Shown: positions 27,527 to 41,200, counted from the whole stretch's first letter. The stretch is 63,513 bases of DNA, filler included, from Octopus bimaculoides (GCF_001194135.2; 2 parts of 2 records of this genome joined end to end with filler, not necessarily neighbours in it); one strand, 5' to 3'. Translations and numbers: made by a program. Notes: generated by a model from the sequence alone, not told the origin.

Positions 27527-28558
27527 GTAAGTGCTGATTATTTTTTTTGAAAGGGAGGGTTTTTATATAATCCTGAGTCTGTCTTGCACATTCCATCCTA
27601 TTGTAAGCCTTTTCTGGTTATCTTTTTCTGATGATATAGTGTTACGTACTAGGTAGGTAAGATTGGTCTGCACACAAATGTGAAGAAAACGATGTGTATG
27701 TGCTTCAACCAGAACGAATATCTTGATCTGCAGGCAATAAATCAATCAAAGATGAATTCTGTTAAGGATTTCAGGTATCTTTGTAGTTGGGTAAATGTCT
27801 CCGATGCTTGAACAAAAAGCAGAGAAGCACACACTTGAATAGCATGGCTTAGACTCAAGAGAGTATGAAAGTGAAGGCACAGACTGTTCTTTGCTACTGA
27901 AGAGTCAGTGTTCTTGTATTGCAGTGGAAAGTAGAGAATAGAGTTAGATGGCTGATACAATGAATGACTTTGCATGCAAAGTGGCAGCAATGAAAGGACC
28001 AATGAACATCCCTATGGAAGCCTTCCAAAAGTGACCAACAAGATCAGAGAATGACATCTGCATGCAATATTAGGAAGAAGAAGAAGCATAAAACCTTGAA
28101 CCCTGGAACGCACAACATGGTACCAACAAGTTTAGGAAATGTTGTTTGCCATTTATTGATTTCCTGAAAGAGGACACAGGATTGGATTCTGTCCATGAAC
28201 TGAAGATGGTGATGATAGATCAAGATGTTTGGTGAAGTGGTTTTGTTTTGGAGGACTGAGTGGAAGCCTGACCAAAATAAAGGAAGAAAATATCTACAAA
28301 CATATCTAATATGATCCAATTGTTTATATATATATATATATATATATATAAGGTTGAGGAGGGTATTGGATTTAACCAAACCCCGGAGGATACAGGTAAT
28401 ACCGAGTAAGTGCTGTATACCGATTAGTTTTGCCCCAGTCGTTGTATGAACAGGATTGGGGATTATAAGTCGTATATTAGCGTGTGTATATGTAAATATA
28501 TAAAAATAAAAAGATAAAGAGAGCAATGGTAAGGTTGGAGAAGTATTTTATGGATAGA

Positions 28559-28607
28559 GTCTTACAGCTGTTTCTGGGAAGATCCAGTACTTCCCTTCAT
28601 CAGAGAC
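28559..28607 (-). ncRNA. Minimal type I hammerhead ribozyme (Penelope-like pLTR type)
   Basis: Minus strand reads gtct-CTGATGA-a-gggaag tactggat cttccc-a-GAAAC-agct-GTA-agac. It has a canonical core, stem I gtct/agac, a 6-bp stem II and a short stem III with palindrome ACAGCTGT. Confidence 0.85.
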
Positions 28608-28799
28608 AGAAAAAATAAAGTAATCTATTATTATATCCATAGGCGGATATTTTTAGTATGAAGTGGTAAAGAGTGTGATGCGCTGAAAAAAGTACTGTTC
28701 AAGTACTGTTCTCTATTTTTTCAGCGCATCACACTCTTTACCACTTCATACTAAAAATATCCGCCTATGGATATAATAATAGATTACTTTATTTTTTCT

Positions 28800-28848
28800 G
28801 TCTCCGATGATGGGAAGTACTGGATCTTCCCAGAAACAGCTGTAAGAC
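28800..28848 (+). ncRNA. Minimal type I hammerhead ribozyme, sense to the SLC6 pre-mRNA (U4C core variant)
   Basis: gtct-CCGATGA-tgggaag tactggat cttccca-GAAAC-agct-GTA-agac; mirror copy of 28559-28607. A further partial copy follows the 10-N gap at 28880-28921. Confidence 0.8.
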
Positions 28849-29210
28849 TCTATCCATAAAATACTTCTCNNNNNNNNNNATGATGGGAAGTACTGGATCT
28901 TCCCAGAAACAGCTGTAAGACTCTATCCATAAAATACTTCTCCAACCTTACCATTGCTCTCTTTATCTTTTTATTTTTATATATTTACACACATATATAT
29001 ATATATATATTTCGTTTTTGTATTTGGTTTGCAAGATTCTTTATGTGAATTGATGTATTGAAGCATATATTATTGTGTCTGGGGAGAGTCATTCTCTTTT
29101 AGTGCCTTATTATTTAATACACACACTGGTTCGATTTGCACTCATTTACTTATTTATTTTTTCTAAAATTTTCATTGCGTCTTGCAACCTTTTCAATATG
29201 TATGTATAGA

Positions 29211-29557
29211 TCAGCGTCGCCTTAATGGCACTTGTGCCGGTGGCACATGAAAAGACATTCAAGCAAAGTCATTGCCAGTGCCACTGGACTGTCTCCTGTG
29301 CAGGTAGCATGTAAAATACACCATTTTGAGCATGGCCGTTGCTAGTACCTCCTGACTGGCCCTCGTGCCAGTGGCACATAAAAGCACCCACTACACTCTC
29401 GGAGTGGTTGGCATCAGGAAGGGCATCCAGTTGTAGAAACTCTGCCAAATCAGATTGGAGCCTGGTGCAGCAATTCGGTTCGCCAGTCCTCAGTCAAACC
29501 GTCCAACCCATGCTAGCATGGAAGGCAGACATTAAACAATGATGATGATGATGATGA
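29211..29557 (+). mobile_element. Second interspersed family ending in (GAT)n, probably RTE-mobilised SINE/LINE 3' end, in SLC6 intron 1
   Basis: gagtggttggcatcaggaagggcatccag...ccaacccatgctagcatggaaggcagacattaaacaatgatgatgat. Related approximate copies at 4310, 4850-, 6750-, 8820, 11090, 12840-, 13690-, 25340, 30740 and 31200. RTE partner is inferred. Confidence 0.75.
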
Positions 29558-29570
29558 TATATATATATAA

Positions 29571-29616
<46 letters not shown>

Positions 29617-29642
29617 CTAACATAATCAAATTTATATTGCAG

Positions 29643-29774
29643 GTGCTTTCTTCATTCCATATTTTATATTCTTGATTCTCTGTGGTATACCACTATTCTT
29701 CCTGGAAGTATCATTTGCCCAATTTGGTAGCCTTAGTCCTATAGCTATATGGAGAATAAGTCCGCTATTTAAAG
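29643..29774 (+). CDS. SLC6 transporter, next coding exon (TM2 and following loop); absent from the ORF track
   Basis: tttatattgcag| 132 nt |gtaagt, phase 1/phase 1. Splices in frame with the previous exon to give (G)[44 protein letters not shown](G), closely resembling the GlyT1-type ...WRISPxFKG exon. Confidence 0.95.
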
Positions 29775-30867
29775 GTAAGTAACCTACTTTGCTCTATATT
29801 GAAATGTCCTTCTGTGTATAAATCTTTCTTTTGTTGGTAAAGTGTGGAGGTGAGATGCTCAGTTGAATACAATACTGGTCTTAATTTTGTAGTTACTGGA
29901 CAAGACATTTTACCTCATCAACAAATAAGTCCAAGGTAATAAAAACTTAATTAATAATAAATTAAGTTCCAATGCATTATAATATTGCAGTAAATCCAAG
30001 TGGAATTGACTTACATGTGTATACATAATTGACTAAAACCATCTTTTTTGAAAGATTTATTTTTCCATACCACTTTTGGTATTTGTTAGTTGAAGAAGAC
30101 GTTTCCTTCAAGCTGCTCTGTCATAATAGCCAAGTTGATGGAGATAATCTCATAGAAGTACTCTGACTCATTTGGAATTGCTCTACAGCATTAGTTGCTT
30201 TATAAGCTGAGAGTCTAGACACATTCATCTGATTTCCCAGGGTGTTGATTACTTTTCTTTGCTGTTGAATTGCACAATCACTCTGTTGACTGTGGAATCC
30301 CAAGGTTTTGTGAAATCTTACGCTGGCTATGTCCATCCTTGGGTTCACCCACAATACACCCTCTTTGGAAATCGGATAACTCTTTTGCTTCTGGTGTTTG
30401 CAGCATAACTGATTGCAATGAACAATTAAAACACTGTGATTTGAAATGAAAAATAATAACACATTAACAATTTTGAACAGTCAGGTTGTGTTTGCACAAT
30501 AAAATGATATAATGAGGTGAGCTTAGTTATTTTCAAACTATCTGTATATAGACAAATACAGGTATATCAAACAACATAAATTCTTCGTTTATCAAAACTA
30601 TCTTTGCATGTAAAGGATGTGTCAATTACCAAATGACAATTGTGACTGACTCCACTTAAGAAGGGGAGATAATCTCAAAAGAATCAAGGATTCTGAGATA
30701 CCTGCTACTGACCACTTTGAGTTATTTCTCTTCATTTTTGTTTAAATTATATAAAGTACCTTGGCCATAACTGTTTTCTCCTCTGTTTTGCCAGTCAAGC
30801 CATGCAAACTATGCCAGCATGGAAAACGGACTCTGAATGATGATGATATATATATATATCTGTATAA

Positions 30868-30936
<69 letters not shown>

Positions 30937-30983
30937 AATATATATACATATGTGTGTATATATATATGTATATATATGTGTGT

Positions 30984-31018
<35 letters not shown>

Positions 31019-31651
31019 TGCAGGTGTGAATGTGCGGTAAGAAGTTTGCTTCTCAAACACATAGTTCTGGGTTCCGTCTCACTGCGTGGCATCTTCAGCA
31101 AGTGTCTTCTACTATAATCCTGGGCCAACAGAAGTCTTCCGATTAGACTTGGCCTTAGTAGACAGAAACTGAAAGAAGTTCATTGTGTGTGTGTGAAAGA
31201 GAGACTACTTGCTTTGACATCATGCGATAGCTGTAAATGCAGTGTAGTGTAATTCATTTCTAATATTCTGTGAATTACATGTCTTCCTGTGAGGGAGATA
31301 TGCTTGGAAATAGGTACAGGTTGGTGACAGGAAGGACATCCAGTTGTAGAAAATCTGCTTCAAAGTCCAACCCATGAAGCTTGGAAATGTGGATGTAAAT
31401 GATAATGATGAGGAGGATACACACACACACACACCCACACACGTTTCAAAAGTAAAAAGACCTGCCTCCTTGTAATACCATTTCGTCTGTGCAGACACTA
31501 CTCCATTCCCCAGACAGGTTAAATTCTAAGGAACAGCACAAAGCACCTCGGTTGCTAAATCCTAGATTAACGATTTAAAGGCATCAAATGACATTATTTG
31601 ATTTCTAGAAATAAATCTTTCAAAAATGTTGGTTTCTATTTACTGTTGTGA

Positions 31652-31692
<41 letters not shown>

Positions 31693-31792
31693 NNNNNNNN
31701 NNNNNNNNNNNNNNNNNNNNNNNNNNNNNNNNNNNNTTAATTAATTAANNNNNNNNNNNNNNNNNNNNNNNNNNNNNNNNNNNNNNNNNNNN

Positions 31793-31841
<49 letters not shown>

Positions 31842-32430
31842 TGCATACATACAAGCATGCATACATGTATTACGTTTGTATGGATGTACATATGCATGTA
31901 TATGTGTTTGTGTGTGCGTGTGTTTGTTCGTGCATGTGTGTGCGCGTGCGCGCACGCGTTTGTATTCAATCGTTTTAACAAGCCTATGAATTATTGTTTC
32001 TCTAATATCTGATTTCATCCATTATTCATTGCACACACATATTCACACATATAAAAAAATATAAACCGTAAATTTCTTAAATAAACAAAATGTGTCCTAT
32101 TTCGTGCGTTGAAGGCATATTTCACAAGACAGTTTCATCCACAATTTCAACCATGGAGCATTAGTTAAGCTGATAAATAGAAAGATAGATAGATACATAC
32201 ATACATACATACATACATACATACATAGAAACAGACAGACAATCAGACAGACAGACAGTGTAGCACGCGCGTGCGCGCACCTTCTAGAAAAAACAATAAA
32301 AAACGAAGAAACATAAATAAGTTAAATGACCAAACAGAATGATATCAGTAATTGCTTACATAATATTTCAAAATAACGATACAATAACCGAAGTAGTTTA
32401 AAACAAATGAGTGTCACTCAGGGTGTGGTT

Positions 32431-32467
<37 letters not shown>

Positions 32468-32525
32468 AACTATTGATGCTGCTGCGACAAATAATAACGA
32501 GAACATTAACATCAACATAAACAAG

Positions 32526-32577
<52 letters not shown>

Positions 32578-33467
32578 CAGGTCGTTATTAGTGGGGGGTT
32601 TTGGTGGGGGGGGGTGTATGTTTTTACGACAACAATCTTTTCAGCAACTAAATCTGAGGGAGATGGAACAAAGAGCAATAACAAATATATGACACATACT
32701 TAAAACAGTTTTCCTCCAATGAAAAACGAACAAATTCATGCAAATTAAGCTACACCAAAGAAGCTTTCTTGGTGCTGGGAGACATTTCACAATTTTCTGT
32801 TTTCAAACTTGTTGAAGTCAAATATGTTTTTCCTGAATCCATGAAATATAAACCATAACATACAGAGATCATTTTTTTTTTTTTACTTTATTTTGAAAAC
32901 TGTCATTGTGTTTGGTAGAAAAGAAACCAAAATGTCTTGTGTCATTATATAGGATTCCCGCTTAGATGCTTCGTTTCCAGAATTTGATACTTGTTAGAAA
33001 CTATGATTCTTTCACTTATATCGCTTATAATTCAAGAGCGAAACTAGTTTAAATTCCACTCTACTCAGAATCAAAGATGAAAATTGTGAATTTCTACCCG
33101 AAGGTTTCTTGCTTATAACCTCTCTATGTTAACTACAAGACACTGCCCAACAACCCAGTGCTGCCAATTTAGTATTTCTGAAGTGCATCATTCTCTACTA
33201 TAATTCCTTCCCAAAGTATAACTCGGAAAAAGTTGAGTTCTGCTCATCTATCTGACAAGCTTTGGATACATTACACAAAGACGAGAGTTTCGTTTGTGCA
33301 ACAATGGTTAATTGGCTTCCAGAATTCGAAACAAATCAAATCTAAAGTGCTATGTAATGTAATTATTACAAAGGAAATGAAATTTCTGGAAATGACAAAA
33401 AGAACCGAACCAGATATTTTATATCTAGTTCATCTTTTATCTCTCTCCTCTTACTTTAACAATATCT

Positions 33468-33501
<34 letters not shown>

Positions 33502-34159
33502 CCATCCATCCATACATACATACATACATACATACATACATACACAAGCATGTACGTACGTACATACATACGTACATACGTACGTACGTACATACATACA
33601 TACATACATACATGAAGTAGAGAGAGTATGTCATTGATGAGGTTGCGAATAGCGACGCAAGAACATTAACAGATTTAGCAGATTGATAGACAGAACGATT
33701 AATCAGATGATCGATTACTTAATTGGTTAAATATCAACTAATTTATCAATAATAATAGAAGAGAAATAGAACCAGTGCGTGTGTTTATTATTGACATAAT
33801 GGCCCTCACGAAGTACAACGAATTTCTTAAAACACATGTATTCACATGTCTTATACACCAAATACAAAAATAAAATACACACACAAATACAAGGAAAGAA
33901 TAAAGGAAATAATTCTGTATATAAAACAACCATGTAGTGCTCAGAATATGAGCTATATGAATAATATAGTCATCGATAGAAGACACAAAATTCAGGTAAT
34001 CGATAAACAATTTTCCTTTATAATATCGGAGTACTTAAGGCCAATCTCATAAAACCGTAAAAAATATATACACATGTACAAGATTACATAAAAATACACA
34101 AATGCATAAAGATATACATATAAATATATATGAACATATAAAAATGTACATGAATATAT

Positions 34160-35850
34160 AACGAAAATATAAAATTCGATTATGTCCAACCAAGTCCGAC
34201 CTTGGTAAGATTAATAAATTTATTATAAATAAAATTCTTCCATATGCTAAGGATGGTGTAAATTTGCCATTGTTGAACGGTACTGCTGATGTCATCACTT
34301 GGTTTTGTTCCTTAGACAATAAAAACAGAACCTATTTTTTATAATTTGATCAGAAATTATTACCAATACATATCACCTGATCCCTTGGATAAGGCTATAA
34401 CTTTTACTCAAAACTTTAAGAATATTTCCCCATTGGAAAGAGATGTAATAATGAGTGCTAGAAAGACCCTAGTATCTTTTAGGAATAAGAACTGGACGCG
34501 CAATGACCTCCAAGACGATTTGGACGTAACAATGGAATCTTCAGATTCCGCTCAGATTACTGACTTAGTTGGATTATTCTTTCTTCCTAAAATTTATGAG
34601 AAATTCCCTTACATTAAAGGTAGCTTATATAGGTAGGAGGCATTGTTTGCCATGTCTGGTCCCCCTCTGCAAACTGTATATAGAACAAAAACAGCATTAA
34701 CAAAATCCTTCAAGGGGTGTAAATTGGATATAATATTTGAAAATATAGCAGAACAAGTAAATATTTTAGACGTTACTCTAAATTTAAATAATGGGTTATA
34801 TTACCCTTATCATAAACCAAATAAAATAATAAAATATATTGTCTATCAAATTACTCACCAAGTATTATAAACGGGAAAATTAAAGGGGGCTCTATTAGAC
34901 TATCAAATTTATCTGATAACGAATGAATATCTAATAATCACGCACTCCTGTATAATACTGCGCTGAGGATTAGCGGTTTTGATAAGAATACAATACTTAA
35001 AACACAATACTTAAAAATAAATTAGATAAACTATTCCCAGATATAACAAAATTCTATTGATGAAGAATCTCGCCACAGATATAGAAGTTCTTACAGTTAT
35101 AATTATAAATATAATTATAGTTATGATTATAGAAATAATGCAGCAGTATATAGACAAATTAACAAGAGTACCTCTAGAAAAAGGGAAATCTTATGGTTCA
35201 CCCCCACCTTTCTCTCTTCAAATCAGAAACCTTCTCAAAATTTTTTCAAGATTATTGAAAAAAACTTTCTTAAGGACCATAAATAGCACCCTATTTTTAA
35301 CTTTAAAATTATATTCATCAGCACCAAATTCGGGTTCTATTATTGCGGCTAATAGCAAACATAAGCTTTAAAATAATCCGAACCTAGTTTAGAGAATATT
35401 AATACTGAAACGGTAATAAAAAATAGAAACAATAAATCGAAACCTATAAACAAAATGTGTAATTGTCGTTCCTCTGATGGCTTCCCCTTAAAAGGTTCCT
35501 GTTTAAGGAAAAATGTTGTGTATAAATGTGAGATTACTAAAAATTTATATAGGAAGTACAGTTGGTTTTAAGACAAGATATCGGGAACACGTAAATTCTT
35601 TTATAAGTGAATTCAACTGCACTATCTATATATGTAAACCAATTGAAACAACAAAATATTGGATATAAATTAGATTGGGTAATAATAACTGAAACAACCA
35701 CATATAATACGAATTCAAACATTTGTAAGTTATGCACAAAATAATCTAATAATATCCTTCGCACTAATATGAAACTCCTACTAAATAAGATCTCTGAACC
35801 ATTAATATTTTGTAGGCATAAATACCTTTCAAGCTTTAAATTTTTTTAAT
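34160..35850 (+). mobile_element. Penelope-like retroelement, decayed RT + Cys-rich linker + GIY-YIG endonuclease
   Basis: Frameshifted pieces include KSDLGKINK, LDVTMESSDSAQITDLVGLFFL...GSLYR, VNILDVTLNLNNGLYYPYHKPN, CNCRSSDGFPLKGSCLRKNVVYKCEI, IYIGSTVGFKTRYREH and CKLC...LLNKISEPLIFCRHK. Confidence 0.9.
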
Positions 35851-38737
35851 CTAAATTATTAATGATAGCAAAGCAAACTTGTATATAAATTTTAAACTAA
35901 TAAATTCAACCCTAGTATATAATAAACTCGTCTTAAATGCATTAACTCCATACAACCTATCTTGTAGTTCATATTTATTTATTAGAGTTAGCTGCTGTCT
36001 TGTCCTTTCGACGCGCTATATTTTTTCAGGAGTTGGACGTTTTTCTCTGAGTTAAAATGTGAGTTAAATTATTATTGGCAATACTGTTGTTCTAATTGTT
36101 TTGTGTCTAGCGGTACTTTGTTTTGCTGCTTGTGGCAGCGTTGTTGACGCTTTCTCCTCTTGTTTGAAGGGGGAAACGTGATATGGAGAGGAAATATGAT
36201 AGTGTTAGCTCCTAAGATTTGACATCGTCTGAGGAGGAATTGTTGAAGAGATTGAAGACTATTGACGAGGCAATGGAAGGGAAGAAGAATTTCACAGAGG
36301 CAGCAAAATAAAAAATGAAGATGTGTGTATTGAGAGAAAAGAACTGGAAAAATTCAAGATAATGCTAAAGAGGGAGGGGAATGATGTAAAGGTGTACATG
36401 TACACACGCTTGTGTATAAATAAATGTCACATGACCTTTACCTTTCATCATATATTACCCTCTCCACAATGACATCATCAAATACGAAAACAGATTTGGA
36501 TAAGCAAACACTCTCAGACACAAATGCATATCTATCTATCTATCTTTTTATCTATCTATCTATTTATCTATCTGTGTGTGTGAGTATGTGTGTGCGCACG
36601 CGCGTGTATCACTGTCTACATACTCTCACATTCATGCATGCATACCTACCTACATACATACATACATGCATGCATGCATGCATACATACATACATACATA
36701 CATACATACATACGCTCCTATACATAAATACATTCGCGTGTATGTATTAAAGATAGAATGAGAAATAGTTAGAGAAAGAGACATATGTACTAGAGCATAG
36801 TTAGTAATGTTTTTAATGAACACAAACACGCGCCAACCCTCCATAATTAGAAGTGGTAGACGACTTTACACATATTGACTCATCGGTATAAATAAATCGA
36901 CGCTACAAGATGAACGGATGTTTATTTTACCCAGTACTGGCATAAACTTGCAGAAAGAATCAGTGATAAATAAAGGAAAATTCATAAGGATTAGGTAAGA
37001 CTGGAAGTACATTAGTTAAGCATAAAAATATAGTTTTGCAGACAAAGCTTGAAGAGAGAGAAAACACGTTATCATATTGGGGGTTTAGTTTTATTTGAAC
37101 ATTTATCTTCAACAAACTTTTATGACTCCAGATCATTGTCAAGAAGTCGACTATTCACCATCTAGTTATTTATACTTATCTGAATAATCTAATGTTTGTC
37201 AGCAAATAGGTACAATGAAGACGTGCTATTTATCACTGGCATCGGTAAGAGTACATTCCTATGGTTCTGTTAAAGAATAGAGTGGTAGTTATTTTCATAC
37301 CAAACCAGAAACCTATCCCAAATGTTTGCTCGGATAAAGGTGTTTAATGACCAGCTATAGGAGTTAAACCAAATGATAGATTAAGTCTAGAGCTGTGTAA
37401 TTCATCATTTGCAGTGTTGCATTCAAATATTCTTTTGACATAATGCGTTACATTAACACTGTTTCAATTGGTATCCTTCCTTAGTGGTAATTTTCGTAGT
37501 TATTTCATATTATGATTTGATACACGAAGATATGAAATAAATTCAATTTCGAAAGGGTATAAAAGTATTACAGTTGTATTAAAAATGTTCATTTATTGCA
37601 TGAAATCGTTTACTTCAACTTACCTTGTTCACTTATCAGATATCTTGAGATTGTTTATCAGTATCATCACTAGCTCATGTCGCCTAATATACACAAGGTT
37701 CAAATCAATCTCATAGATGGTCAGACCCATGGACGTGTCACAGAGTCACTGAACAGCTAATGCTGTTGACACTTTCTGTTCCCTCCTCCGGTTAGGCTGT
37801 TAGCTCCTGTCCCGATTAAACCCTGTGGCAACATCCATTAAGGAGATTGTGATAAACAGAACTCCTGAAATCTGTTCAGGAAGTCCTTGAATGAGATGCA
37901 ATGTCGTATCATGGTCGCGCTTCAGTAGGATCGCACCCCATCGGATGGAATCACACATATATGTGTTTGCCGGTGCGTGTATGTGTGCACACATGTGTGG
38001 TGTGAACGTGTGTGCGTATGAAGGATACTGACATTAGCAAAAAACCGGTGCTCCTCGAAGAAACATCTCAGCTTTACAGACACTTCTTTGATGAACTATA
38101 TATAGTGTTTGGCCCGTTGGAATCTTTAACCATGGTATTGATTCCAAACCGATATAAATTAGGAATAATGGCAATGGATATGTGTACACAAAGTGTAAGT
38201 GATAGAGACGTATATGAATAAAAAGAGTAAAAGCGAGCGAAAGGTAGAGACAGATAAATACAAATAAATGGTGTCTGATAGACAAGCAGGCAAATAAACA
38301 GGCTGACAGACAAGGAGGCTGGCGGGCAGATATATCTATGACTAACTATTATGAACCGATCTCAAATCTCATTTCCCCGGAGATGTTTGTTTATATTTCT
38401 TGATAGTTTTGTAGCGAATTTCCTTTTCCTGCTACTTGAATTCTAAATCATCTCATTGCTTAATTAAATCATTATGGCACAACATCCAGGCATCGTAATA
38501 TAGTTCCAGGAGAAGAATAAACAAGTTTTTGCATGTATGTGCAAATTTACCGGGCACATTCAAATTTTGACATAATTGTTACTGTAAATATCAGAATAGA
38601 CTATATACCAAACTATTTAACCTTTTAAGGCGGTTTATGAAAAATAATTTCGAATGCTATGGTTTATGTTTGTCATCTGCTTTTGATAGCTGTCTACTGT
38701 GCCACTGAACAAAGAGAAGCAAACAATGTTGTAGCTA

Positions 38738-41200
38738 CAGGTACGTAGCCAGCCGAGTGCAACAGGGGCGGTGGGGGCTATTTTGATAGCTGGGGGTACT
38801 GAATAGAACTCTAAAAACCGTACTGTTTATAAAATTTGATTACGTTTATCAAGAAAATTCACAACGCAAAATAATAAAATCAGGTTATATTTATTAAATA
38901 CCACTACAATCTACGGCAACTCAATGCAAAGAGTTTAAGAAAATCGTCCTTGTCTATAATTGATTTGTATTTACTAAGAGAAGTAAGTATTACGAGGTTT
39001 GATTTTCGCAGGTGCTTCATTTTTCATCGAAAGGGAGTCATAATTCGAGTTAGCGTCGAAAACGATGACTCGCATATGGCTGTGCTAGACCCAAATGTTA
39101 ATGCTACACCATATAATAGATTAACATTTGGAAAGGCATCCTGTACAATACGTAAAGATCCCAAAATATCCAGCAGTGTCATCATATTTCGTTTGGAAAT
39201 GTATGCTTTAGCCACAATAAGTTCAGACAGCAAGGCTGATTTAATGCAATTAACTAAATTGCTGAAAGGTTTTAAAGTATCAAAATCCAAAAATATCTCG
39301 GAGATTTGTAGTGGACTTGCCAAGGAAGAATATATGCTGTCATTTTGCTCTGAAAATCTATCAGCTCTCCCAAGCTTTCATCGATGATGGCGAACTAAAT
39401 TTTGCGGTGAAAGATTACCCAGTCATCTTGTGATGGAACCAGGACTTCAACAACATAATCTGAAAAACGTTGGGACCCGCAAGCTTTTCCATGCATGCGT
39501 TCCTCAATAACATTAAATGGACTCATTTGTTTCAGAATCTCATCAAATATTAAAGTGTCCCTTAGTTTGGTTATTTCACTCTTGGCAATCTTAAGCTCAA
39601 GGACATGGTGTATATCACAATTGTGACTCCGAAGCTGCTTGTCTACTGCCCTAATTATATACAAAAATTTGCCAAGAACAAAGGATAGAAAAACAAACCT
39701 TTTGGAACGAACTTGATGTAAAATTCCAGTTGCTTCAATGCACGTTTTTGAATCTGGTGAATCTGTGCGCTCGGTTAGCAAACCAACAATTTTGGAGTGA
39801 TTTTCTGTTACAGTAGCAATAACACTGAAATGACTTGACTACCTATGATCCATAAGACGTGGCGATTTCAATCCTTTACAGAGACTAGCTGTTCTTGGCT
39901 GTTTGATAAAATTATGAAGAATATTAACGGTGTCGAAGAACGTAGCTAACTCCGGAATCCGCTTTATTGTGTTAACCATGACAAGATGCAACTGAAGATT
40001 AAGACAATGAACATAGGGTATATGTTTTTCAAGTCGATTCTGAATCTTTCTTTGAAAAGCCACTTATTTTGCCAGACATCACAGGAGCACCCTCGTAGCA
40101 TTGTGACAACATACGCTTTGGGTAAACGCCAAGGTTAGTTAATTCCTTAATTAATAAGTCGGTCAATGTTTCAGTATCATAATGATGAGTGGTTGGCATT
40201 GCAACTAAGTTTTCTAGAACCCTGCCGTTTTTCAATCGCAATGACAATAACAATCGCAATATTTTCAGTATTACTCAAATCAGGCGTTCCGTCACATTTC
40301 AGGAACATCGGAACATTTTATTTCATCGACAACAAAGCTGACAGTGTATTTCCTCAACAATTCGATGATTTCGTTAGACACTGCTGCTGAGGTACAGGTC
40401 GCATTTTTTGGAATCGTGCTGTAACATTTCATTAGCTTTGAGTCTTTCTCTAATGTACACTGGAATAATTTCATAAAAAGACTACAAGACTGCATCTCAC
40501 CTTCCGAATAAAGATCCTCAAGAGCTTCATTTTCGTTTCCTCGAAAAGGCAATTCGTTTGCGCAAAGAAAATGCACAATATCAGCAATTGAATTGATATA
40601 GTAACGGCTTTTGCTCAATTGATCATTTTGCAAAATTGAAGACATGGATGTTGTGAATAAACGCTGTTGGCGTTCCCTCCATATTACCATAGCTTGGATA
40701 TGGGCTGCAGAATTGGCGTGTTTATTTAAACCTTTTTTTTTTTACTTTTCTTTTAGTTTTTTAAAGTTTTTTTCTTTGGCATGATGCCAGTTAGAATATG
40801 CATCTTTAATAAAGCAAGTATCCGCTTGAGCAGAAGTGTTAAAATGCCAACAAAGAAAACAAAACAAGGCTTTCTTTGAAAGAGAATGCTCTAACCATGG
40901 ACGGCCGGTGTACCAGCTTGACGAGAAGTCACGTTTCTGATTTCCATAAATCTTTGGATCAAACTTTGCTAGAACTGGTCGAACTGGTTGGCAGTTGACC
41001 TGTCTTAGATCATCCAATGAGGGAGTCAAAAACTCCACAAAACTGATGCTATCTTCCATGAGCAGCGAAGCTTTTTCGTTTGCAATTCTCTTCTGTTTAA
41101 TATTAGATGAATCAGATTGGAAACTCAACAATGATTGCTTCAGTTCTCTTTTTCGACAGCGATTCATTATTGTACCAACACTCCGTAGTACACTGACCTA
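38738..41200 (-). mobile_element. Decayed hAT transposon (ZMYM1-like: TTF zinc finger, DUF4371-type region, RNase H fold, C-terminal dimerisation domain)
   Basis: Successive minus-strand fragments: YGNQKRDFSSSWYTGRPWLEHS..KALFCFLC; IVHFLCANELPFRG...PKNATCTS; KCDGTPD; QCYEGAPVMSG; PYVHCLNLQLHLV; FPNVNLLYGVALTFGSSTAICESSFSTLTRI. CAGGTACGTAGCCAG at 38738 is a plausible terminus; the other end was not resolved. Confidence 0.88.

Larger units (their letters stand above)
28491..28989. mobile_element. Head-to-head inverted Penelope-like pLTR pair
   Basis: Arm 28491-28691 is the near-exact reverse complement of 28716-28989 (excluding a duplicated stretch around the 10-N gap). The arms are separated by a 24-nt spacer, and each carries a hammerhead reading outward. 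Confidence 0.8.

Noticed and set aside
35440-35850. Selenoprotein-type (UGA-recoded) Penelope-like element
   Set aside because: Conserved cysteines in the linker and GIY-YIG region are ordinary TGT codons. Stops seen are scattered decay, not TGA at Cys positions.
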